A DNA stretch of 62,720 bases, filler included, from Hausera hauseri (Eukaryota), in the NCBI GenBank assembly GCA_046269625.1. It is 10 parts of 10 records of this genome, joined end to end, with 100 filler letters (N's around TTAATTAATTAA, not from the genome) between each part and the next. Parts side by side here need not be neighbours in the genome. Positions count along the whole stretch, not along the records: positions 47,078 to 52,660 come from JBJURY010226075.1; positions 52,761 to 57,942 come from JBJURY010314497.1; positions 58,043 to 62,720 come from JBJURY010478687.1; 7 more parts are not named here. One strand, given 5' to 3'. Made by a program: the position numbers and the translations under genes. Below are positions 47,236 to 60,131 of this stretch, one piece after another (position 1 is the first letter of the stretch; the number at the start of each line of letters is the position of its first letter). The notes beneath the pieces were generated by a model. That model saw only the letters and a list, made by a program, of their open reading frames with translations. It ran no database searches and was not told the DNA's origin.

Positions 47236-49698
47236 TTATTGCCGGCGCAGTAGGTCCAGTCTACTTGGGAGACTACTGTCATCGACTGGACTTGCCTCTA
47301 ACATATGACTGGTGCTAGGTTGATCTTGTATAAGAATGGATCTATTACATTCGCCATTCGAAAAATACTTTAGACCATTTGACTCAGCTCGGCACACTGG
47401 ACACGTAGTCTTACCATTATCAAATGTCCATGTCTCTAGGCATGTACGACAATATTTGTGTCTACATTCTTGATTATCCATTTTAACATATCATTGCCAG
47501 ATATTTTCGCCACATACTGGGCAGGTGCCTTCATTTTTGTTTGTGTTTTCATCCTCATCTAAATCGACTTTGTGTATAATTTGGATTTGCTCGAGTACGA
47601 GTCCGTCTTGGTCGGAGTACAGGTAACCATATAATTCTTTTTGTTGAGTGTTGATCGAACTTTTTATAGGGTCGTAATTCACGGGAACCAATGTCCAATC
47701 CATGGTGGTTTCGTTATCTAAATCGGGAATTTCACCTTTCTGGTAGGTTTGATATTGTTTCTTAAATACCAATTTAATTGGGTTGTTTACGGGAACAGAC
47801 AACTTTCCAGTCCTTTTTGACTTAAATATTGGGACTAAATATTTGCCTATCTCGAAATTCTCCCAAGCGTATGCTCCATCTGGTATTTCTCGTATCCCAG
47901 CACTTTTTACATAAAACATTGCTTCTTTTATTTTCTGATGGCTACAATACTTGGTGGTCACTAGTAGCCTTGGAAAATCTTTATTCGTTGAAAAATGTAT
48001 GTTTTCTTCCGATCTTTTCTTTTTCAAAACATTCACTTTAGTGAAGGTAACATTGCTGTCCGATTTTCTCCTTTGGCTTTGAGTTCTAGTCTTTTTATTT
48101 CTTCAGAGTGTATTTCTTTCGTTTTCGGGGCTTCTGTGTTTTTAGCTTCCTTTTCCGTTGTCATTATTTCGTTCCGGGCTTCTGTCTTTTATGTTTTCAA
48201 TTTCCTTTAGGTTATCTTCCTTATTTTTCTTTTTGAAAAGATACTCATAGGGATAATTTTCTTTTTCCGGTGGAAAATGTCGTCTCTGTTTTGCTCCTTT
48301 TTTCCTCTTCTGGGTTCTTCGGTACCTTGCCCACTTCTTGACCTTGGGGTTTTTGCTTCATAGATTCTAAATCGCGGCTTTGACTGGTGCTAGGTTCATT
48401 TTCAGTTTCGTTTGTTGCTGTGATTTGTTTCGATTCAGCTTTCTGAATGGTAACTCTAATTATCTCCTGGCATTGGTTCGACAGTTCTGATGGGGAATAT
48501 GGTATAAAATGCCTTCTGTGTTTTGAACTTAACACTTCGGGGTTGGTTGAGCTTCGTAAATTTTGTCTAAGATTATCGGGAATCCATTCGTGTTCCAATT
48601 TGAGTCCTGCATATATATATCTCTTAAATATTGGGAGCGTTGGCTCGCCGTTAGAAGTCGGCTTATTCGGACGTGTTCTCCACTCATGGCTTCTAGCATT
48701 AACTTAAATCGGCCCTCTACGGTCGGTGGTAAATAACCGTTTCTTTTCTTAACGGTCTGCTCCATTTGTTCCATTACTATTGGATGAGTCTCGATTTCCC
48801 TAACTCCGCTTACGTGGGTATTGGGTAACTTCAGCTTCTCCATAATCCTTTTCACTTGATAACCAACAATTATACTTCCGTATAGACAATGTAGTAATCC
48901 CTCACGAACTAATTCGATATCTTTTCCATTGACTAATCGTTCCTTATTTATTCCCGTAACTTCTGAATAAGTTTCTTGTATTCTTTTTCTTGGGCTGATA
49001 ATTTCTGTGTAGAGTTCGGTTCCTCCTATCTCTCGTATGGATACTCCAATTGGAACGTCGTTTCCATCATCCCCTTCTCCGTAGTTTACGGATATAATCC
49101 TAGAGTTTCTGACGTCCTGGACTAATCGAAAAGAATGTAGATGGTTATCCCGGTCGTTCTCGGTTGGTTCTTGGTTGAATCATTATGGTGGTAGTCGAAT
49201 AAAGGGTGCGTCTTCGTAACATACCTCTATCATAAGTTTGACTGACAATGCGGCGACTCGAAATTCTATTTCGCAATTGTAGTGGTGGAAATCCCCACTG
49301 TTAATTAGAAAGGTGCTATATCTATGTTGACGTCCTTGTGAAGAATCCCAATTTTGATTCTTTAATCTATAATAGATATCTCCATCCGCTAGGTGGATAA
49401 ATATGTTCTGGTGGTAGACTGGCTCGTATTGAATGAACTGTCTCAGGGCGTATGCTCGTGCATCTTTGTCGTCCCTCATTGCGTATAGCCGCACGGTTCT
49501 ATTCTCTTCCGTACTTCCTTTTAGGTTGTTTGGGATCTCGCTAGTTCGTTTATATTCTACGAAATTCTTTCCGTGTAATTCGTTATTAATTTGCCGAAAT
49601 ATTGATTTGGACGGATGGATTAGCACTGTGCACATTTTTGTAAGAAGTTGTCGATGCTACGCCGCTCTTTTTCGAAATTCATCTGGATACTTACCAAT
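47236..49698 (-). pseudogene. Accessory polyprotein, paralog of 24228-26579 (N-domain, pseudo-exonuclease, unknown domain, RING)
   Basis: Shared blocks EENR..RLYAMR..DARAY, KIKEA.FYV, IG.YL.PIF.SK, L.GYLY.D..GLV and CPVC...C.HKYCR.CLETWT..NGKTTCPVCRAE. Confidence 0.85.
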
Positions 49699-49859
49699 CT
49701 GAACAATAAATAATATGGGTTAATCTTATGACAAAGTTTAGTTTTGAATCAAAACAAATTCTTTGTTTGATGATAGAATAATCCGATCTGTAATTGTCAG
49801 GTTATTTTATCATATACGTATTCTTGGGGTTCCAATACCCTTAATTCCCGTTCTATGAT

Positions 49860-50088
49860 TTCAGAGCGCTTAATCTGGCAATTTATGGTAACTAATCGAA
49901 ATATCGCGATGCATATTATAAGTACAAGCGTTGACAAGCTTACGATCATTACTATGGGTAATGTAGTCAACCCTTCGGGTTTTGTGGTCGTTATTTTTGT
50001 AGTGATTTCCTGTTTCGTGTTTTTGTCTGCATGTGGTGCTGTTGGTATTTCTTCTAGGGTTTGTATTTCAAAGGTTCGGCTCTGCAGG
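49860..50088 (-). pseudogene. C-terminal stalk and TM of the FN3-like membrane protein
   Basis: RTFEIQTLE...LPIVMIVSLSTLVLI matches KTFTVRTLG...LPIIAIFSLSIFVLVI at about 26780-26945. Confidence 0.7.
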
Positions 50089-50089
50089 T

Positions 50090-51544
50090 CTTTGGTCTGT
50101 AAATTCCTTTACTTGCGGTGTCAGCGAACTTATCATCCGTTATGCCTTTTAACAAATTTGTTCCAGTTAATTTACCCGGTGTGGGTATTATTCCTCTATT
50201 AGGCAGACTTACCCAATCTGTCTCACTTCTCTTAAACATGGGTTCGCCTAAACCTGCTTTACATTCTTTCAAAACAGTTGATTATGTCGCGTTTTCTAGC
50301 AAGACTCTAGTGAGTGGCATAACCAATCGAGGTACGTTTTGATATATGACTGGCAATTCTTGAATACAACGTTTTCCCTCCACGTTTAGGGATACATCTC
50401 GTTTTTCGCATTCGTAGGTCAACAGGACTTCGGTAACCCTTCCGAAAATGCCTTTTTTTATTGGAATTACGGGTGATGCTAGTTCTGGATTTGCGTATAT
50501 TAAGGCTAATTTGGTCCACATGATTTTCATATCCAATTTACAGTCGTTTGCGATCATTTTGTGGTATATTCTTCTAATCCGATCTGTCCTTTGTAATAAA
50601 AGTAATCATCTCTATTCTTCAAATTATCTTCTATTCTTACATCTTGTGTTTCGAGAGCAAAAGTAGTTATTGCAGCTCCTGCTACGAAGAATGTTTCGTG
50701 ATTAGTGGCGTACACTACTACATTGCATCGAGAAAGCATTTGTTTCTTAATGAACATTAACCCGTGATCTTCGGAGATTAGTATCGTGGGTGTAGTCTGT
50801 TCATTGACGTTCTTCCTTGATCTGGCATTATTGTCGGTTGTGTATACATATCTTTTTCCCGTGGTTTCGTTAAAGTTTATCTCTTATTTTAATAAAGTTA
50901 CAATCATTTATAGGTGGTTGAATCCAAATAACTATCGAATTCCGGAAAGTACAGGCACCATCTTGGATATGACACTTCTGATTTTCTGTATGTTTTTGTC
51001 ACACTATGGAACATCACATTTTGGTTCCTAATTTCTGTCTCAGAAATCAACTACCACTATTCCTGCTTTTCTTCCTTTTCCTGTATCGTATTCACCTCCT
51101 TTACAATATCCGGTGTGCATGTTTAATTTCCCAATTGCTACTTTATACACGAATTATCTTTCCTGGTTGGGCTTCTAACTCTATCCCACCCCATCTCAAT
51201 GTTTTGGTTTCCTTGGTTTGTTTGCATTGTTGTCGATCCAAATCCACAGGTACTAGCGGTGTTGTTGGTTTTACGATTGACGAATGTCCGTGCATATTTC
51301 CACAGTGGAAAATGCTTCGCGATGGTCGTAACATACACTATATCCCATCTATTGCGATTAGTTCGCGTTGTTGGTACAAGAAATACTTTTTCTCAATGGT
51401 TACCAACTTGTGAGGTCGGGCGTCTTCGCATAGTTCCAGTTCCATTAAGGAATATCTTTTTCCGGCCTTAAACTTATCGCAGTCATATACTGTGATTGCA
51501 CCGAGCTGTCTTACTAACATCATAAGTGTTATTAGTTTAATCAT
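50090..51544 (-). pseudogene. env: Env-like chuvirus-G-type glycoprotein, N-terminal part, truncated
   Basis: Internal signal peptide MIKLITLMMLVRQLGA, then ITVYDCD...YSLMELELC and FHCGNMHGHSS (chuviral G pattern GYDC...SL...C, CGMHSH). The distal part aligns with 2462-4075. Confidence 0.82.
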
Positions 51545-52430
51545 CCAACTTGATTCACTATCTCGCGCTGAGTTAGTTGGTATTAAATTTCTTACCACAT
51601 CTTCAGTTCTTGTGGTCGACCTGTTTCCATCTTCGTCGTCAAATAGCTTGGACCAATTTATTTCTCTAGGTATCTTTCTAGCAGCTTTTCTGATCAATCC
51701 AATGGTTCTATTGAATTCATTCTCTTTTAGGGGATTTGTCTCGATTGCCAAGTACAATATTACTTTCTCTAATTCTTCCTTAGTATTCTCTACCATAATT
51801 TTCTCGATTAAAACTTCATTAGGTAAGTTGCTTTTGTTCATTTTGAACCGAAATGTTCTCATTATCCTTGTTGCGTCGTATGTTGCCTTTTCTTTTAGAT
51901 CTAACATTTCGTTTCTTGGTCCCGAATAGTTCACTATTTTTATAATGTTTCTCTGCAACTCGTTTAATTCTTCGCTACCGGATCTAATCGCGAGCATGGA
52001 TAGTTGCCTTAGTTCTCGTATCAGGACTGCACTTTGGTCAATATCATTTCTTATTTTCCTTGGCCTTCAACTGGTCGTTTCTGTTTCGGTGCAGTTGTTA
52101 TTACTTCACTAATCGGTACTTGATTCTTATCGTATTGTTCCTTACCTTCGTCACTTTGGAGGTAGTCAAAATACATGACAGGGTCTCGGATTCCCATAAT
52201 GCGTCCTACGCATTGTTCATCTCTCACGTTCCTTACAGCCTCATCTTTTGTCTCTTCGTCGGTAATTATAGCCACTATTCGATTCGATTCCTCCGGAATA
52301 ATTCAAACGTATATTAGTAACTCAGGTTCGTCCAGTATCCTACCTCGGAAGTATAACCGATAATTTACTTCATTTTTCCCACTGTTTTGTATTATCCATT
52401 GTTTTACTTCTCTAACCGGATATTATTCAT
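51545..52430 (-). pseudogene. Unknown polyprotein segment upstream of, and partly in frame with, env
   Basis: ORF 51338-51997 runs into the env signal peptide without a stop. No recognisable motif. Confidence 0.55.
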
Positions 52431-52435
52431 GCATA

Positions 52436-52660
52436 CAATCATTTGACACATGGTATAAATGGATTACAGCCAGTTGACGTAATCGATGATTTGAACATAT
52501 GGCTTCATCAAAACCGACGAGGACGACAGGCAATTAAACGCCCAAAATATAAAATCAGTTCTTACGTACGTATTTCGAAAATCAGTACGACGCCATTCAT
52601 TAAGAATTTCAATCAGAACTGGAGCGACGAGGTTTTCCGCATTTCGGCAATCAACACAAA
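52436..52660 (+). pseudogene. Polinton/Maverick integrase C-terminal fragment
   Basis: PKYKISSYVRISK...FIKNFNQNWSDEVFRI matches the Maverick c-integrase pattern KFKVGDxVRISK...FxKGY..NWSxEIFxI. Confidence 0.8.
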
Positions 52661-52760
52661 NNNNNNNNNNNNNNNNNNNNNNNNNNNNNNNNNNNNNNNN
52701 NNNNTTAATTAATTAANNNNNNNNNNNNNNNNNNNNNNNNNNNNNNNNNNNNNNNNNNNN
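52661..52760. other. Artificial contig linker
   Basis: N44-TTAATTAATTAA-N44. Confidence 0.99.
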
Positions 52761-55700
52761 AAAGTGCAATATTATGCACTTGCAGAATTTGAAAACGTTG
52801 AAGGTGACAGGAAACAATGGTACCTGTCACATCGAGCTGTACCATATACCAATGATTTTATTGCCGATGTAGGCGAAAAGCTCGAGGAGAAAATCGTCCA
52901 CTACACGGAAAAGGGTACTGGATGGCTAATTATACGAATTGTCACCCTCGGCTTTACCATAACAAAGTCGAGTGACAGAATATATTTGTCTGGACGATCA
53001 TTCATACAGAGACCTGCAGCTCTGAAACAGTCGCTGGCGGTAGTGAATGCAAAAAATACTAACGATGATTACTGTTTTCTTTACAGTATTCTGGAGGTAT
53101 TGAACTATGACGAAGTGGACAGACATAGTGCATCTGTCCAAAATAGTATCAAAAATAATTTTCCGAATTGGATTTCGATGAAAGCTGGATGCCGATAAAA
53201 CTGAAATACATTACGGCCTTTGAACTGCGTAATCCGACACTGGCAATGAACGTGTTCCGGTACAATACAATCGTAAAAATACCGGCGGGTGAAGAAATTT
53301 ACAAACATCCTTATGTGGATATAATCTATCGTAGTCGGAATCCAAATGGCCACTCAGTAAATTTGTTGATACTGAAACAAAAAGAAAAGTACCATTACGT
53401 TGCAGTGACAAATATGGACAAACTACTGAACATGGAACATGACCATTTCCTCCAAAAAGGGATACAGTGTAGATGGTGTCCTGTATCTCTTCATAGATTC
53501 AGGCCGGAAACAACATGGGAGAAACATGTGACTGCGCAGACAAAATTCGTCAGGAACCGCAATGTATGTCGTCCCTCAAACAGGAACTCAGGTTCACTGA
53601 TTGGTCAAAAACAGACAGACCGGCATATGTAGTATATGCCGATATCGAAGCTATATTACCACGGCACAACATATATGACCAAAAACATGTTCCAATCGCC
53701 GTCGGTATGTTGGTTGTCCCAATAAAAGCCACAGATCAACCCCAATATTATTTTTCCACGGATGGAGTTGTATAGGCGATTTCTTGCATTAGTTGCAAAC
53801 TATAGTGGAAACTGAAATCGCACCCTGGTACAGTAGAAATACAATAAACCCTTGATGTGGACAGATGAAGATAAACGCCTGACGTTTGCAATGACAGATA
53901 AATGTTACCTGTGCCACAAAATATTACCGTTTGACGCACTGGAACGGCTCTTAGCGGACTACGATTATTTTACTGGTCGATATCTCGGAGCAGCATGTAA
54001 TTAATGCAATTTGGCAAGGCGTGTTCGAACATTCTTACAGGTGGTATTTCATAACTTCAGGGGTTATGCTTGTCATTATATTTTCAAAATGGCAATAAGC
54101 GGATTTCCGCACTGGAAACTATCCATAATATCGACTACGATAGAGAAAAGCCTGTCACTTTCTGCTCGTATTAACCGGTTCCAGGTACTCGTCCTTGATT
54201 CATTGCATCTTCTCCATGAATAATTGTAAAATTCTTGCCGGATGTGCCGATAGCACTAATGCAGTTCTCCGCACATATTGCACGCAGCAAAGGCATATTT
54301 CTATATCACTTTGGAACATAATATGAGCGATTCCGGACAGCAGAGGAATTACTGCCGCGATAGACAGGTATCGCAGAGGATAAATACCGGAAAGCACAGA
54401 GGTGTTGGACAAAACTCAGCTGTATAGACATGTTGGATTACATGCTTCAGTATCTTAAACTGAACGCGTACGTATTAGCCAATGTGTTCCAAACGCTTTG
54501 AGCGAAAACGTTGGCTGAAGATAGGCTGGAGCCACTCAACTTTTGTTCCATACCGGAAATGAGTTGGGCGTCACCTCTTATGTCACTGGATTGATACATT
54601 GAGCTTGTGAAAGACACGGAAATGTACTGGCTGTTTGATGTTGGTATTCGTGGCAACATGGCATTTGTCAACAAGCATCAGGTCCCTGCTACAGATACCA
54701 CATCACTTCTGTATATTGATATTAATAACCCGTATGGCTGAGCGCTTTCACAACCTTAGCCGTACGGTTCATTCGATAGGGTTGCCGACAGACAAACTCT
54801 GGACGACATAATGGTCAACCTGACACCAGCAGACATGGCTGACTCAGTATGATACCTGATGGAGATCGATATCGTGGTACCAGATGAGATGCATGATGTT
54901 TTGGACGATTTACCGGTCGCACCATTTAACCCATGTTCGCCAGGCTCAAAAGTGAAGAAACTGCTGATGACGCATGAACCGAAATTGAATTACGTGATCC
55001 ATTGGAGTCTGCTGCAGTTCTACATGCAGATCGGTGTATGCGCCACATACCTGCATCGTGCAATGCGATTGGCTCAGGCTACCATATTCAAAGCGTACAT
55101 CGACGGAAATTCGGAGAAACGAGCCGCAGCTTGTACAAAGTTCAAAAAAGACTACTACAAGCTCAAAAACAATTCATTGTACGGAAAAATTGTGCAGAAT
55201 CTGAAAAAGCGGCTCAATGTACGCCTATACAGTAGCGAAAAGCGGTTGGTCAAGTACACGAGTAGGGCGCAGTTTCGGCGGTCAATGCACATGGCCGATG
55301 GATTGGTTTCCGTGCTTTTAAACAGAGACGGAGTCATTCTGGACCAGCCAAATTACATTGAACAAGTGGTATTGTACCAGAGCAAGTTGCGGATGTATAA
55401 GCTGAATTGTCGCGATTTGGCACTTTACCGGCAAATGTCTGACGGCTGTGACATTAGTATAATTGCCGGTGACACATACAGTTTTTTCCTGCGGCTGAAA
55501 AAAAGTCAATCGCGAACAGCTACTGCAGCAAATGCAGTCAGATGGATTATTGGACACGCCCAACTATCCACTGGATCATCCGTTGTACAGCAGTGCGATC
55601 ACCAACAAAACCGCTGCTTCAAGGATGAATGTGAAGGTCGGATTCAGTACCGAGAATGATATTTCTGTGGCCAAAATGTTATAGCCTGTTAGCTGACGGG

Positions 55701-55940
55701 GGACCGAAAATGTGCGGCAAAGGAATTTAATTGGCCCAGATGGAAATCAACCACGGTGATTATTGCAGCATCTATGAAGAAGAAGAAGGACAACCAAAGT
55801 CTGTTGTGTAACAAACGATCATGCGATCGATTGAGCACCAGTTGTATACGGTGGCCAATACAAAAGTCGCTTTATCATGCAATGATGATAAGCGTAAATG
55901 GGTGGGGCGAAATAAGAATTGGGCGTAAGGACAATGGCGT
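52761..55940 (+). pseudogene. Protein-primed family B DNA polymerase (Polinton/Maverick type), decayed
   Basis: AVVNAKNTNDDYCFLYSIL, VVYADIEA, VVFHNFRGY, LYIDINNPYG, KLKNNSLYGK, GDTYSF (similar to DTDS) and NDDKR, with many stops and frameshifts. Confidence 0.92.
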
Positions 55941-56234
55941 TTGGCATAAAACACGCACGCATGAATTCGGTTCAGACAGATCAAATTACTGTGACAATTT
56001 ATTGTGATCTGTTTGTTTCGTATAAATAATGTATATTATTCGTTGTTTTTGCCTTTTGTTTTATTATCATTTAATTTATCTATTTAACTTAATTTGACAA
56101 GAAACAATATGAAAAACAAACAAAATCAATAAAATTGATATATCATCATAAGCTAAAATCAAAAACAAAGTAAGTCAAATCAGCGTAAAGTTTCCCAGCT
56201 TCCATATTGGTGATTTAACGCCGTGCAGACTCTT

Positions 56235-56510
56235 CTATTCTTTCAAATTCAATGTTAGATGGCCTTTAGCTCCTTCTGGTAGCAAAACTGCTTTTGCTGC
56301 TGCTGATTCTCCACCATGTGAACTGATAATTTTCGCCATATGTCCTTTGAGAAAAATCGACGATATATCTCGGATATCGTTACTCAACACCAAATCACTG
56401 TCACCTTTTCTAATTGTGTATTCCATTGTATCTAAATCATCATCGCTGATCTTTTTCACCAAAAGACCATATTTTACCGGTTTGATTTTGACCGTTTGCG
56501 TCAATGGCAA
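56235..56510 (-). CDS. Hypothetical protein (probably Polinton-associated)
   Basis: 91-aa ORF convergent with pPolB, no motif. Confidence 0.35.
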   Translation of the reverse strand: MPLTQTVKIKPVKYGLLVKKISDDDLDTMEYTIRKGDSDLVLSNDIRDISSIFLKGHMAKIISSHGGESAAAKAVLLPEGAKGHLTLNLKE

Positions 56511-56908
56511 TTGAATAGGGTTGAGCAGATAATGTAAGTTGCCTCAATTATACAACCGTGAATTGCTGAGCGAATATTTGCTGTACCGTGGCTTTATTGA
56601 CAGACTGTCACATGATGAATTGTTTTCCAAAGACGTTTTTTAAATAAGACAAACGTGAAATGAAATTGCATCTATATTTATATCAAAGGTTTGTTTTCAT
56701 TTTAAACAACAGACATTATTTTGTGAGTATTTTCTCATATCACAATGACACAAATTACATCCATGTTAGGGAAGTCATTCGTAATAAATGTGTACAATTT
56801 CCATTATAGTCTTTGAATTATAGTTTTTGAATTATTCAACTGACCAATACTGCTAAACATGACATGAATATTATTTACAGAAAAAAGAAAATACGTACAT
56901 GTATTTAT

Positions 56909-57399
56909 TTATTTGCATGAATCATAGTCAATACAAAGCCGTAGACATTTTTTGTAAGCACAATGTGGTCCACAATCATGATAGAAATATCGAATATTGT
57001 CAGGATCCATCACCGGCGAATTGTTCGATGTTGTTGAATACGTCATCATTTGCAACTCGAGATAGTGTGAATGGAGTTGTGTAAACTTTTGTCCGTCAAT
57101 TTGATCTTTAATATAAAATATTGTATTTTCAATGTCAAACATTCTCAAATCTCTCCCATAATACACGGCTTACAAAACGTTGAATTGCCTTCATACCAGT
57201 GAAGTTAATGATGACGTCGAAAGAGAAATCGATTTGTAATTTTACCTTTTTACGTCACGTCTTTCCACACAATACCGTGCTTGAATATGTACACAAGTGG
57301 TTCGAAAAGGTTACCAGCGTCCATAATGCATAATTTCTTTATTATGTACCGAGCATTATCATCTTTGAAAGCTTTAATATCTATAAATTCTGTCGCCAT
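56909..57399 (-). pseudogene. Polinton-associated DEDD-like small protein
   Basis: FIDIKAFKDD..YIIKKLCI...LHWYEG and a C-terminal H...HCA..KC pattern seen in Maverick accessory ORFs. Interrupted. Confidence 0.5.
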
Positions 57400-57470
57400 T
57401 ATTTATCATGTAAAATCATTTTTTATAACAGAAGCAAAACAACTATCTAATATTAATAATATAACAATCA

Positions 57471-57941
57471 TTAAATATAGGTGGTTTTGTCCATATCACC
57501 AAAACCAAATTCTTTGCATTCATTTGGTGTCGATTCATTGATGCAAAACAATCCCCATTGCTCCGGTGACATTACACTGAATTCCGCCTCTTCATAGCGA
57601 AGAAAAACGATTTGAGCGATTGCACTGCCTTTCGAAAAAGCATACGGTTAGCCGGATTGGTTTTCCACCAACACCTTAATTTCACCACGAAAGTCTGAAT
57701 CAACGACACCGCTGCCACCCGCAACCGTCAATCCGAGTTTTGCCAGTCTGCTTTTCGATAAAAGTTGGCCGTAGAAATCGGACGGAATCGCCAATCGAAT
57801 CCCAATTGTTATGCATTTGATTGTGCTGTCCAAAGTTGTCGTATTAACATTGGAAAACACATCGTAGCCTGCGCTGTTTGCTGTAACACGTCTTGGTATA
57901 AAGGCATTTTCGTTTGTTAAGATAATCTTTACAACATTCAT
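57471..57941 (-). pseudogene. dut: dUTPase
   Basis: SAGYDV, SKSRLA, GVVDSDFRGEIKV, then after an in-frame TAA, KGSAIAQIV and EFGFG. Confidence 0.92.
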
Positions 57942-57942
57942 T

Positions 57943-58042
57943 NNNNNNNNNNNNNNNNNNNNNNNNNNNNNNNNNNNNNNNNNNNNTTAATTAATTAANN
58001 NNNNNNNNNNNNNNNNNNNNNNNNNNNNNNNNNNNNNNNNNN
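57943..58042. other. Artificial contig linker
   Basis: N44-TTAATTAATTAA-N44. Confidence 0.99.
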
Positions 58043-58237
58043 TACAATATTTTATAAGTCCATAATTCTTCGATGGGTTAGATGCACGCCTATTTCAATG
58101 TTATATGTGATACCCACGTGGTTTTTCTAACTAAAATAATGCTAGCCGGATGGACTTGTAATTGTGGGAGGGAAAGAAGGGCGTGGGTGAAATATAATCT
58201 CAAACCAGTAAAGAGATTCATAAATGAAAAAACCGTA

Positions 58238-58274
58238 ATAATAAGATAAGATAAAATAAGATAAGATAAGATAA
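58238..58274. repeat. (ATAAG)n microsatellite
   Basis: ataagataagataaaataagataagataagataa. Confidence 0.85.
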
Positions 58275-59192
58275 TATCTTTATTTAACCAGGGTTGAGAA
58301 ATAAGCAGTATTGCCTGTTTACATTTAATAAATGGAATTGTAAATACATCCACAGTGTGTTTAATCTTTCCCCATCATCGTTAAGCTCGTTATTTACACC
58401 ACAGAATAGGTAACCAGACATTTTGCTAACCATCTAACAGTTATGACTCGTGTGGGCATCACCTCACCTACACGTCTTCAGGAATGAATCGATACGTTTA
58501 CTAATTCTGCTACAAACTAGTGTCAACTGATTGATGAGAATGTTACTTAAAAAGAAAATTAATGTTAGATGCAGATATGGGAGTTTTTTTGTTCCGTTCT
58601 CAACAACTATGCGCGTCGAAGGGATGAATGATTCTGGAATCTCTTCCTAAATAAAAATTTGATGTGAATACTAAAGAAATAGATTTGGAGAGAACAGGTG
58701 TAGTAAGCTCTTCTGGATTAGCTCTTCGAAGGGCTGTTGCAGTTCAAAGGACTATGGAGGAGGGTAGCTGAGCTTTCATGCTGCCCCGGTGGTGTCTAGG
58801 AGGTGGACCGAGGTACTCCAAGTGGCAGTGTAATGCTTGGCTTCCTGTGTGTGATCCACCACTTAATTTGGAACAATCTCGAGCATCCGCCCGGAAGAGC
58901 TGACGCTCGACGATTTGGTGATCGAACATTGACAATAATAAAACTTCTTTGAGGGTCATGTTTTCGCCAGGGAACTTATTATGTTTTGTATACGAATTCT
59001 CTTAAAACATACACTGTAGAATCATTCGATCATTGCACGATATTTAAAAAGAAATATTTATTCATTTTAATATTAAATATGGTATGTATTTTCCAGGACT
59101 TTTGCTGTAACAAGTTAAACACAAGGCCGTCATGCTGACAGTCTTAAAGTGAAAGAAGTCGGTAGTGGTTATTTTATATCTTACATTTGAAG

Positions 59193-59409
59193 ATGGTGAA
59201 TATCTCAAATGTACTCTATATTTATGGGATATCAAGTACGAGTGAGGAATTACAAGATTTAAGCGATGCTACTACGCTGATTTTTCAATGGATCAATTTT
59301 ACATTTGTGTGCCAGTCTATTGTTTTGTTTGGAATAGGGGCAAACATCGTGAATATTCTGTGCTTCATAAAGCAAGGGTTCCAGGAAACGATTAATATAA
59401 GTCTCTTAA
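59193..59409 (+). CDS. Rhodopsin-class GPCR, gastropod chemosensory-receptor type, coding exon 1 (TM1)
   Basis: FGIGANIVNILCFIKQGFQETINISLL, with a phase-1 GT donor at 59410. Confidence 0.85.
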
Positions 59410-59619
59410 GTAATTATGATTATATTGTGTTCCTTCAAGTTCTCATTTTCATGCCATTTTGAGTCACACTATTATCACTGTTTGCAGTTGACCTATTATC
59501 CTGCATGGTTCTATGTAACATATGCAAATATTGTTAGTAACATTCGACAAAATGCAGATCTTAGTTAAGTTACAGAAATCTTGTCGCAGTGACAAAATAT
59601 AAATGTATGCCTCTAATAC

Positions 59620-59825
59620 ATTTATTCATACGTACGTACGCATGCATGCATGTACGAACGTATTTACATACGCACNNNNNNNNNNNNNNNNNNNNNNNNN
59701 NNNNNNNNNNNNNNNNNNNNNNNNNNNNNNNNNNNNNNNNNNNNNNNNNNNNNNNNNNNNNNNNNNNNNNNNNNNNNNNNNNNNNNNNNNNNNNNNNNNN
59801 NNNNNNNNNACACATGCACACATAT
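59620..59825. repeat. Intronic TACG/CATG-type microsatellite around a scaffold gap (N 59676-59809)
   Basis: catacgtacgtacgcatgcatgcatgtacg next to the N run, which carries no linker motif. Confidence 0.8.
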
Positions 59826-59916
59826 CTAGAATGTGTGTATATATTAATCTTGGAGTCTTTAATAACATTCGTGCCGTGATTCATATTCTGATACGTGTCC
59901 TATATTTGATAAACAG

Positions 59917-60131
59917 GTTTGGCCGTGTCTGATATTGGTTGCCTGTTGACCCTTGCATGTAATAACATCTTTTGGACCCCAGCCTTTGTATCAGCAGACA
60001 TACCCTTCGATTCCATTGAGGTTCAATACTTGGCAACTGGAATTCCCCACACTGTGTTCACTCGCATCACAGGCTGGATCACTGCCTTCACCACATTCGA
60101 GAGATGTCTGTGCATCACAATACCTTTAAAG
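59917..60131 (+). CDS. GPCR coding exon 2 (TM2-TM3)
   Basis: Acceptor CAG at 59914-16 restores SLAVSDIGCL. FTRITGWITAFTTFERCLCITIPLK is followed by a GT donor at 60132. Confidence 0.88.

Noticed and set aside
35410-57941. PolB, dUTPase, IAP, Bcl-2 and ankyrin genes as a giant DNA virus genome
   Set aside because: The PolB is the protein-primed Polinton type and decayed, and the IAP, Bcl-2 and ANK modules are tied to gag on a different contig. No NCLDV core genes were seen.
4481-58042. Nine identical TTAATTAATTAA motifs within N runs, as a biological repeat or array
   Set aside because: The fixed 100-nt format with six-frame stops is an artificial concatenation spacer. No adjacency across linkers was treated as real.
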